NCBI GenBank assembly: GCA_049322915.1
Contig: JBMOPW010000032.1
Span: 64,001-128,000, forward strand
Direction: 5' to 3'
From: Candidatus Zhuqueibacterota bacterium
Lineage (GTDB): Bacteria > Zhuqueibacterota > Zhuqueibacteria > Thermofontimicrobiales > Thermofontimicrobiaceae
DNA: 64,000 nt
The notes under the pieces were generated by a model. The model searched no databases. It was given only the letters and a program-made list of their open reading frames with translations, and was not told the origin of the DNA. The position numbers and the translations under genes were made by a program. Positions 19,212-27,257 of the stretch are shown one piece after another (position 1 is the stretch's first letter; the number at the start of each line of letters is the position of its first letter).

Positions 19212-20680
19212 TGCTTGCTCCTGGTTTGTTTCCATTTGTTGAAATATTCTCTGGCTTCATCGTAAAGCCCGGCGCTTTTATGAGCGCGCACCATTAAGGA
19301 CAGCAGTTCATTGGTCTCATCTTCGGACAGGCCATTGGAATCGGCCAATGCTTTCTTCCCGTGAAAGATGGCCTGGTCCGGGTCGTTCCACAACAACGAG
19401 ACCAGCTCAATGTGGGCTTTGGCCCCCTGATCCCATTTGAACGAGGCGGCTTTGGTGAAATAGGCCAGCGCCAATTTTTTCTCCTGTTTGTCCCTGGCTT
19501 CAATCCCTAACCGATACAGCATGGCGCCATAGCTATCGAAAAATGGCTGAATTTCTTTCGCGGTCATTCCAAAATTTTCATAGTCCAGGGTTTCGTAGAC
19601 CAGCTTCATCCGTTCAACGGCCTGGGCCTTCTTGCCCAGGATTTCAAATTCGACAACGGCCAGCTTGTGAAAGACACTCATTTTCGCTTTTCGAGTCTGA
19701 AGCATGTTCAACAGACTCTCGCATGCCTGCGCCATGGCGTCATAGTTCTTTTCAGATTCCAGAGCGAGAATTTTATCGAACAATTCCGAGGCGCGGATAT
19801 TGCCGTCATCCCATTGAATCCATTTCACGTAATTTTCCAGGTCGGTTTTCTCCTGCGGCGTTCGAACAAATGGCTCGGCGACTTGAAACGCTTTGAGCGA
19901 GCGAGTATCGTCGTACATTCGGGCGTAGGCGTCGCCCTGGGCGTACATGTAGTAAAATAATTTGGATGTGTCGGGCGGCGTCTCAAAACTTGTCTTGAGC
20001 AACACTTTTTGGGCTTGCTGGAAATTGAGAAGCGCTTGTTCAAAATTTTTCACGGCCAATTGATTTTCAGCCAACAGCCTGAACAGTTCGTGTTCGCCTT
20101 TTTCAATGCGAGTGAGCCGCTCCAAAATTTCGATGGCTTTCTCATAATTTTTTTCAATTCCAAAAATGTGCTGCAAATTGTAATAGGCAACAGCCAGCAG
20201 GACACGGGCATTTTTATCAAAGGGATTGATTTTCACGGCTGCTTCAAGATGCTGCTGTGCCTGTTGGCAATAGGTCAGGGCCTCTTTTGCGCGTAATTCC
20301 CTTGTCCCGTTATTGGTCAGCTTTTTCCACTGGGACAGGTTTTGCGAGCCCAGATTCATCTCACGATCGAACTGCTTTTTATCTGCCGATGAAAGGCTCT
20401 TTTGATTTTTGATATCCTGCTCAAGGAATGTGCAGAACTCATCGACCTGATCCAGCCGCTTCTTTCCTTTCTGGGAAAATACATTGGCCTCGCCTTCCTT
20501 CTGAGCCGAAACAAAATTATTGTTCGCGGTTTCGATGGACAGAACAACTGTCGTGCTGTCCAGACCAGGCGGAATACTCAATTTCTTCACATGATTTCCC
20601 CCGGTGGTTGCGCAGCCGGAAAGGCCAATCAGCCACGCTCCCAACAATAATCTAATAAAAATGGAAATTGTCTGTTTCAT
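19208..20680 (-). CDS. TPR-repeat lipoprotein
   Basis: Lipobox LSG-C23; multiple TPR-like helical pairs (e.g. LEAAVKINPFD, YEKAIEILERL). Confidence 0.82.
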   Translation of the reverse strand: MKQTISIFIRLLLGAWLIGLSGCATTGGNHVKKLSIPPGLDSTTVVLSIETANNNFVSAQKEGEANVFSQKGKKRLDQVDEFCTFLEQDIKNQKSLSSADKKQFDREMNLGSQNLSQWKKLTNNGTRELRAKEALTYCQQAQQHLEAAVKINPFDKNARVLLAVAYYNLQHIFGIEKNYEKAIEILERLTRIEKGEHELFRLLAENQLAVKNFEQALLNFQQAQKVLLKTSFETPPDTSKLFYYMYAQGDAYARMYDDTRSLKAFQVAEPFVRTPQEKTDLENYVKWIQWDDGNIRASELFDKILALESEKNYDAMAQACESLLNMLQTRKAKMSVFHKLAVVEFEILGKKAQAVERMKLVYETLDYENFGMTAKEIQPFFDSYGAMLYRLGIEARDKQEKKLALAYFTKAASFKWDQGAKAHIELVSLLWNDPDQAIFHGKKALADSNGLSEDETNELLSLMVRAHKSAGLYDEAREYFNKWKQTRSKQ

Positions 20681-20785
20681 TTTTATTATTCACCTCCACG
20701 TTTGTACCTGAAACTATTTCGTTCGAATGTTACTTTTGCATCGGATGCCATGCCATCCATCGTTGAAAGGATGGCCCAATCGTCC

Positions 20786-21934
20786 TTACTTTTTGGATTG
20801 TGTTCTCCACCATGACCAGAAAATCTGGTAAAATGAAGCGGCGCGATCACCAGGCGCAGAACGCGAACTGATCAGCGATTTCATTTCATTCGCTTCGCGG
20901 ACGACATTGCCAATGGTGAGGTAGTTGCTTTCTTCCCGAATTCCGTTATCTTTCAACATCGTGTAATCATCGCTTTCTACGAGGCACACCCGAAGAAGCA
21001 TTTCGATTTCATTGCACGACAGCAGGAAATGATAGTGACGGCCGCTATAGGTGAAAGGAACGGCGGAGGATAAATCGCCGCTCTGATGACCCATCTCATA
21101 CGCAATGAGTTTCGGAATGGGGCCGGGGTGGGCTTTCATCCACTTTATCAATTCATGCAGATCGAGCGTCGCTGTGCCACCGCCGGACCCGGAAGGAAGG
21201 GAAATGCCAGCGCCAGAATTCGCTCCACCGCCTCGGGTCGTTCGACCGCCGCCTGCCCCGGAAAGTCCGGTACCTCCTGCGCCGGAACCAATGCCAGCGC
21301 CAAATCCTGAACCCTGGCCAGAGCCGGCGCCGGCGCCTGAACCTGCGCCATAGCCAGTCCCTGAACCGCCTCCGCCAAGGGTGACTTTCGGCCCGCTGGA
21401 GGTTCCGCTGCCACCTGACCGTCGTGACGGCGCCATGGATGAATTGCGATTTGTAATTTCACTGGATATGTTCAGATCATCATAACTTCTGCTAGACCGG
21501 GAGACATTGGTGGAGATGTTTGACGATTCAGTCTGCGAGCCGCCAGAGCCTCCGCGCTTGCCGGCTTTAGCCTCGCGGGAGATGAAATTTTTCATATCAA
21601 ATCCCTGAACAATCGAAGCGACGCTGATTTCAGATTTTGACTTTTGAACGGACGGTGCATTGTGTTTGCTCTGGACTCTGGTAGAACCTGCCGATTGCTT
21701 GCTGATGCGGATTTCATTTCTCGTTGTCGTGAGCATTTTTGGCGGCGTGAAGGTCAATTTAATCAGTTCCTTCATCTCCAACTTCACATCATTCAATTTC
21801 TGCTTTTCCGGTAGCATGGTAAACGAAAATATCTGAGCCATCAAATAAAGGAGCGCCAAGACTGTCAGAGTGATCAGCCCTGACAGTACATGCAGATTTT
21901 CCTGCCGGTTGATGTAATTAATTATAACTTTCAT
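20786..21934 (-). CDS. TonB/TolA-like single-pass protein with Gly-rich linker and unrecognised C-terminal domain
   Basis: N-terminal TM helix with a His (LHVLSGLITLTVLALLYLM); long Ser/Gly-rich linker; overlaps the end of the second exbD gene. Confidence 0.6.
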   Translation of the reverse strand: MKVIINYINRQENLHVLSGLITLTVLALLYLMAQIFSFTMLPEKQKLNDVKLEMKELIKLTFTPPKMLTTTRNEIRISKQSAGSTRVQSKHNAPSVQKSKSEISVASIVQGFDMKNFISREAKAGKRGGSGGSQTESSNISTNVSRSSRSYDDLNISSEITNRNSSMAPSRRSGGSGTSSGPKVTLGGGGSGTGYGAGSGAGAGSGQGSGFGAGIGSGAGGTGLSGAGGGRTTRGGGANSGAGISLPSGSGGGTATLDLHELIKWMKAHPGPIPKLIAYEMGHQSGDLSSAVPFTYSGRHYHFLLSCNEIEMLLRVCLVESDDYTMLKDNGIREESNYLTIGNVVREANEMKSLISSRSAPGDRAASFYQIFWSWWRTQSKK

Positions 21935-22316
21935 AGTTCAATGTCTTTTCTATTTTATTTCGATGACAAATATCAAACACATCGACTAATTTTTGCATGA
22001 TGCTTGATTTGTGCGGTTCAATGGTGATGATGAGTTTTTCATTGTACCTTTTGTAAAGATCGTTTTTGCTGACGAGCAGGTTTTCCAGATCTGATAAGGA
22101 TTGAACCTGAGTCGATTTGCCGCCGTCATCCAGCTTGAATGAGTTCTGGAAAATGGTGAGGCGGGCATCGTGGAACATGTATTTTACCGATTCATCCGAC
22201 ATGGCGGAGGACAGGTCCACGTAATCAGTTTTAAGCCGACTGATGTTGATGAAGCCCAACAGCACGATCAACGCCACATCGATGAGCCTGATCATCAGGC
22301 GCGTATTTGAATTCAT
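21918..22316 (-). CDS. ExbD/TolR-family protein (second copy)
   Basis: TM segment LIDVALIVLLGF with the conserved Asp; C-terminal SIMQKLVDVFDIC. Confidence 0.8.
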   Translation of the reverse strand: MNSNTRLMIRLIDVALIVLLGFINISRLKTDYVDLSSAMSDESVKYMFHDARLTIFQNSFKLDDGGKSTQVQSLSDLENLLVSKNDLYKRYNEKLIITIEPHKSSIMQKLVDVFDICHRNKIEKTLNYESYN

Positions 22317-22326
22317 AACTCCCTCT

Positions 22327-22731
22327 TCATTCTGTCATTGACGTCATAACATCCAGGCCTTTGGCGAGACCCAAATCCCGGCACAACCTGACGACGGCCA
22401 GGCCCTGCTCGACCGGCGAATCCCAGTCTGCGCGTATTCTAACGCCTAACACAGCGCCCTTGCTCTCCGCCTGTCGCGCTTTCTCGAATAAATAGTTCTG
22501 AAGCTGTTCAATGCGCGTCATGGTGAGCATCCCGCCATCAGCGTGATAGGTGCCATCATTCTTTACCCCGATGACAATGGTGTTAGCGTTCTCCGGCGCG
22601 CCTTCTGAGGCTTCCGTGCTCCTGGGCGGATCGATCAGCGTTGTCGTGTCGATTTGAGAAATGGCGATGAACCCGAAAAGGAGGATGAAGACGACGTCGA
22701 TCATCCGAATCATTAATGAAGTTTTGCCCAT
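22327..22731 (-). CDS. ExbD/TolR-family protein
   Basis: TM segment MIDVVFILLFGF with the conserved Asp; VRIRAD motif. Confidence 0.87.
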   Translation of the reverse strand: MGKTSLMIRMIDVVFILLFGFIAISQIDTTTLIDPPRSTEASEGAPENANTIVIGVKNDGTYHADGGMLTMTRIEQLQNYLFEKARQAESKGAVLGVRIRADWDSPVEQGLAVVRLCRDLGLAKGLDVMTSMTE

Positions 22732-22756
22732 AGAATGTGCCTTTTCATTTTTGTGC

Positions 22757-22797
22757 AAAAAAACGGCTCTCCCGAAAGTGGCATGCTTTCGGGAGAG
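22757..22797 (-). terminator. Intra-operon rho-independent terminator
   Basis: Perfect 12-bp stem CTCTCCCGAAAG/CTTTCGGGAGAG followed by CCGTTTTTTT on the minus strand. Confidence 0.75.
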
Positions 22798-22811
22798 TCA
22801 GTCGAACGAAT

Positions 22812-24791
22812 TTACTTCAGGTACAGAATTCGTTTGCTTGCTTTGAAATTATCTGTGGTCATCCGATAGAGATAGATGCCGCTGCCCAAATCCTGTCCGG
22901 CGTCGTTGCTGCCATCCCAGGTAATTGTATGAGCGCCGGCGTTTTGAACTCCGGAAACCAGACTTTTCACTTTTTGACCCATCAAATTGTAGATATCAAT
23001 TGTCACATTTCCTGTGTGATTCATGAAATAGGCGATGTTGGCTTTCCCATTGAATGGATTGGGATAGGCCGCGCCCAGATTATGTCTCTCAGGAAGATTC
23101 TCGTCTTTGGAAAAATCAGAAACAGAGGTGCTCGATGCGATTGCAGTCAGCGGACCGTAGAAGCTGGCGGTGCTTCCTGTGATTTCCACATCAGCGATTT
23201 TATAATAATAGGTTTGGCCGGATTCAACATCGGCATCTGTGAATGAATAATGATGCATCGCGGATGAGTTGCCCGAAACCGGGATCACTTCGGGATTGAC
23301 TATTTTGTATTCACCGTCAGCAGCGTCGCTGCGGTAAATGTCGTATCCCATATTTTCGGTCTCGGATTGGCTGGTCCAGTCTAGCATGATTCCGCCAAAG
23401 TGGAACACATATTTGAAAGAATCAATTTCAACGGTGACAAGGGGTTCGCGATCGGTCACAATGAATCCAAAATCGACGTCCAGTCTGGCTTCGCATTCGG
23501 CCAGAACAATCGGCGCGCTCGGATCAATGCTGGTGGTCAATGCGACATTGGTCTCGCTCATGTACGGGTGATCAATGTCGACAAAGTAGGTGCCGGCATT
23601 CAGATTCTGGAACAGATAAAAACCGAGTCGGTTGGTGCGCACGCTGTCCATGAAGGTATCAGCATCCGGCTCATACATATTATTGTCATTATCCTTGTAC
23701 AGCGAGACTTTTACTGAGGGAAGTCCAGCTTCCATCATATCACGAAGCCCGTTGGAATTTTTGTCATAGAAAATTCTATCGCCAATGCTGGCGCAGCCGG
23801 TCGCTTCGAGCGGAAGTTTGAACGCGATCATATTCCAGACGCCGCTCAGCGCTGGCAGTTGCGGATTGTCCATTTGAGATTCCAACTGGAAAGAAGCCCA
23901 GTCCTCTTCAGAACGCACCGGGACAAGAAATTCAACCATGGACCAGCGATGCCGAATTCCGATACCATCGGAAAGCGGATTGGTATCGATGGCGGGATCT
24001 GAATTGGACGAATTGATGTAATCCACGGCGCCTTGTGTATCAGCGATATTATCATCCGGTGTTGCGCCGAAGCCCATTTTGTACCAGATGGCCGATGCGC
24101 TGGCTCGTTCGTAGACGCCGGCAAATATTTTCACCGAACCCCATCGCTCGAAGCGGTTGCCTTCAATCGGGAAGGTCACTGTTTTGGTCAATGGAGGCTG
24201 GCTGGCAGCATTGAAATAATCCAGGCCATCAGCGATCCAGATATTCGATTCAGGCAGATTGGGCAGGCTGTAAATCGCCACAAGTCCGCCGCCGTAGATA
24301 CCGCCGCTGGTGGGACGAACCGGGAGTTGAATGTCGTCCACTTTATAACGGTGGTCGCCGAGTACTAAAACATCGCTCGCATCAGCGCGATAGGTGAAAT
24401 TCAACGTGGTTGCTTCCTGCGAATAGCCAATGCACGTCGCATTTTTCGTCACGGTGAGGCCTTCATCGTTGCTCAACGTGATGATGATGTCCGTGAGTTG
24501 CGCCGGAGTCACATTGGAGAACGCACTGAAATACACGTAGCCGGCGACAATTTCAGCATCTTCAGGAATTTTCATTAATGCAGTGGCTTCCCCGCGGAGG
24601 CCAAGTGAACCAAGACTGGTGACGCCAACATCATATTTACCGGTAAATACCGGCAGCGTAATGTTCAATTGTTCATTGCCATCAGCGTAGCCCATTGATG
24701 CAACAAATGTCACTGACATGAGCAAGCCGATTAGCCCCATGGCCACTTTCCGGCGCCATTTTCCTTTTTGTAACGTGTTAGACTTTTTCAT
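22812..24791 (-). CDS. Secreted multidomain protein with SdrD B-like domain and T9SS type-A/FlgD-like C-terminal domain
   Basis: Signal peptide; SIGDRIFYDKNSNG..EAGLPSVKVSLY; LDWTSQSETENMGYDIYRS; C-terminal YPNPFN..WDG..SGIYLYRM..K. Confidence 0.82.
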   Translation of the reverse strand: MKKSNTLQKGKWRRKVAMGLIGLLMSVTFVASMGYADGNEQLNITLPVFTGKYDVGVTSLGSLGLRGEATALMKIPEDAEIVAGYVYFSAFSNVTPAQLTDIIITLSNDEGLTVTKNATCIGYSQEATTLNFTYRADASDVLVLGDHRYKVDDIQLPVRPTSGGIYGGGLVAIYSLPNLPESNIWIADGLDYFNAASQPPLTKTVTFPIEGNRFERWGSVKIFAGVYERASASAIWYKMGFGATPDDNIADTQGAVDYINSSNSDPAIDTNPLSDGIGIRHRWSMVEFLVPVRSEEDWASFQLESQMDNPQLPALSGVWNMIAFKLPLEATGCASIGDRIFYDKNSNGLRDMMEAGLPSVKVSLYKDNDNNMYEPDADTFMDSVRTNRLGFYLFQNLNAGTYFVDIDHPYMSETNVALTTSIDPSAPIVLAECEARLDVDFGFIVTDREPLVTVEIDSFKYVFHFGGIMLDWTSQSETENMGYDIYRSDAADGEYKIVNPEVIPVSGNSSAMHHYSFTDADVESGQTYYYKIADVEITGSTASFYGPLTAIASSTSVSDFSKDENLPERHNLGAAYPNPFNGKANIAYFMNHTGNVTIDIYNLMGQKVKSLVSGVQNAGAHTITWDGSNDAGQDLGSGIYLYRMTTDNFKASKRILYLK

Positions 24792-24847
24792 GGTCCATCT
24801 CCTTAATTGTTAAAAGTGCGATTAGTTAGTATGTGCTGGTTGTATGT

Positions 24848-26215
24848 TTATCGAATCAGATTGAGCAAGCCCCGGTGAAGAACCTGATTTCCATCTGAAA
24901 TCATGAACAGGTAACATCCCGGCAGCATCAGGTTTCCTGCTTCATCGCGACCATTCCAGAATCGTTCGCCATTGGATAAATTTTTTATTTCAAGACCTGA
25001 CCTGTTCATAATCGAAATAACCCAGTTTGTTGGTGTTGTGTCGCCTTTTTTGAACTCGACCCAATCGTTGATCCCGTCGTCATTGGGCGTAAATGGATTC
25101 GGTGTGACTTCGATCTCCGGTTCATCCGGCGGTTCCTCCGGATCAATGGGTGGATCCGGTGGATCAGGCGGATCAGGTGGATCGACCGGCGGATCCACGG
25201 GCGGATCAATGGGAACAGTTTCGTACGGCGCGATGTAGCTGGATGTATCGGCGCTGGTGTTGGTGTTCACATTCACATCGATGCGAACGTAGCGTCGCTT
25301 ACCATCCTTTGCCGGATTGTGGGTCGAATAGGTGATCCGATAGCGATGGTGGAGGAGCTTGGAAATGGCTCGATAAATTTCCTCGAGATCGCTGGACGTG
25401 GGGCTGTAGTAATAAAGCCCACCGGATTGGTCAGCCAAATCTTTCAGAATATTTTCCTCCGGACTATTTGGATTCAAACCCAGTCCTATCGTGAAGACCC
25501 GAATCTCATGCGAAAGAATGGCAGTCAGCGCCTCGGCGTAGCTGTACTGGCTATCTTTGTCCGCGCCATCGGTCATCAAAATGATAGCTCTGTTTTTGAT
25601 GCTGCTGGTGAAAAGATAGACTGAATGGATCAGCGCATCGAATATGGCAGTCCCACCCATCGACTCCATCCGATTGATAGCCGCGTTGAGCGTATCTTTC
25701 ACGGTTGTAAAGTCACTGTCAGTCTGCGGCTGATGCGAGAAACTGACCAGGGCGGATTGGTCTTCACCCTGCATCAGATTCACGAACACGCTGGCGGCTT
25801 TCTTCGAATCTTCGATGGGCTGACCGCGCATACTGCCGCTTCGATCCAGCGTCAGAATCACGCTGAAGCCAATTTCATTCGACGTCAATTCTTCGACCAG
25901 AATGGGCAACTCCCGCGTATTGTCTTCCCTCACTTCAAAATTGTCTTCATCCAGTTCGCCGATGACAAAGCCGGCGTCGTTCGTGACAGTGACGAGGGAG
26001 ACGATTTTTGGGAATTCGGCGGCCGAAACCTCGTTATAGATTAACGTCAGACTATCCAGTTGAGTCGCCTGAATGATGCTGTCGTCCAGTTCAGCGCTCA
26101 CCGCCGGTGGGACCAGGTGTGTTTCGGTGATCCAGGCCGGGAAAAGCAGTATCACAACTGCCATTCCGATGAGGATAATCCGTCTGTTTTTGTATGTCCA
26201 ATATGTTGATTGCAT
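24848..26215 (-). CDS. VWA-domain protein with Pro-Asp linker and T9SS type-B (gliding-motility CHU_C) C-terminal domain
   Basis: MIDAS DRSGS..GGTA..TDG; C-terminal PNPFTPNDDGIND..NRSG..WNG..PGCY..GLLNLIR; alternative start 26281. Confidence 0.85.
   Translation of the reverse strand: MQSTYWTYKNRRIILIGMAVVILLFPAWITETHLVPPAVSAELDDSIIQATQLDSLTLIYNEVSAAEFPKIVSLVTVTNDAGFVIGELDEDNFEVREDNTRELPILVEELTSNEIGFSVILTLDRSGSMRGQPIEDSKKAASVFVNLMQGEDQSALVSFSHQPQTDSDFTTVKDTLNAAINRMESMGGTAIFDALIHSVYLFTSSIKNRAIILMTDGADKDSQYSYAEALTAILSHEIRVFTIGLGLNPNSPEENILKDLADQSGGLYYYSPTSSDLEEIYRAISKLLHHRYRITYSTHNPAKDGKRRYVRIDVNVNTNTSADTSSYIAPYETVPIDPPVDPPVDPPDPPDPPDPPIDPEEPPDEPEIEVTPNPFTPNDDGINDWVEFKKGDTTPTNWVISIMNRSGLEIKNLSNGERFWNGRDEAGNLMLPGCYLFMISDGNQVLHRGLLNLIR
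25118..25213 (-). repeat. Coding tandem repeat encoding the DPP linker
   Basis: PIDPPVDPPVDPPDPPDPPDPPIDPEEPPDEP. Confidence 0.8.
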
Positions 26216-26264
26216 GATCACTGCACCTTTGTTTGCTGAAGGCAATTTTAAAAAAAGAGTTACA

Positions 26265-27197
26265 TTAATAATTCGTTTCATAAGCCATGCCCATCGAGCG
26301 ATCGACGCGCGGTTTCTTCTGTGTCTGATAGTTCATCTCAATGGTTTGAATTTCCATATCGCTTTCTTCCATTTGGCTGGATTGCGTCGATGGCCCTTTG
26401 TTTTCGTGTATCAGTAAAACCTGACGAATCGCTTCAGAGCGCTCGGATAGCTGATTGAGTTGAGCATTGAACATTGTGAAAAGATAGGTTGAGAAAAAGT
26501 TCAGCGCGATACTGATGACAATTCCGACCAGCGTGGTGACGAGAGCGATACTCATCCCCTGAAGAATTGTGGGGCCGTCCATTTTTCCCGAATGGAAGGT
26601 CAGGAATATCCCCCACACAGTACCTAACAAGCCCAAAGCTCCCGATGTATCGGAAAGATAATTGATGATCCGGTTGAACGATTCGAACGAGTCCCGTTCT
26701 GATGCCACAAATTTATTGACGTCATTTCCAATGGGTTCGGCGCGATGGGTTTTTTCGAATGTCACCAGTATCTGATGAAAAAGACGCCATGCCCGCGTGG
26801 GATTCTTGCCCTGACTCATGCGCAATATCCGTTTCAAATCGTTGAGTTTAATTTTTCCCTGCATCAGGACTTGTGAGCGGGATTTATCCCGATACTCGAA
26901 CAAAGCCCGGTAGCTAATGAGCATGATTCCGCCTGCCGTGATCAATACAAATGGCCAGAAGGTCCAGTCGCACCATTCAATTAGTTTCCAGGCAGTCAGT
27001 TTGGCGCCTTGTTCCGATTGGACTGTCGCAGTGCTGTTGACGGCTTTCTGAGCTTCGGCTGTGGTGCGGGTTGTTTGTTTTGCATTGGCCTGCATGGGAG
27101 TCAAACTGATGAGCAGTCCGCTCACTCCCAAAATCACGACGGACACAACCCATGTGAAGAATGACTTTCTGTTGTTGCTGCCTATGTGCTTTTCCAC
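26265..27197 (-). CDS. MotA/TolQ/ExbB proton channel protein
   Basis: GLLGTVWGI and ALVTTLVGI motifs; three TM helices after an N-terminal signal-like segment. Confidence 0.9.
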   Translation of the reverse strand: MEKHIGSNNRKSFFTWVVSVVILGVSGLLISLTPMQANAKQTTRTTAEAQKAVNSTATVQSEQGAKLTAWKLIEWCDWTFWPFVLITAGGIMLISYRALFEYRDKSRSQVLMQGKIKLNDLKRILRMSQGKNPTRAWRLFHQILVTFEKTHRAEPIGNDVNKFVASERDSFESFNRIINYLSDTSGALGLLGTVWGIFLTFHSGKMDGPTILQGMSIALVTTLVGIVISIALNFFSTYLFTMFNAQLNQLSERSEAIRQVLLIHENKGPSTQSSQMEESDMEIQTIEMNYQTQKKPRVDRSMGMAYETNY

Positions 27198-27257
27198 GAT
27201 GTATCTCCTCTTTTTCAGAATGAATGAGTACTTTATATTAGCAAAAAAATTAATTTC

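Noticed and set aside
25118..25213. Short repeats as a possible CRISPR array
   Set aside because: In-frame Pro-Asp coding repeats with no spacers and no cas genes
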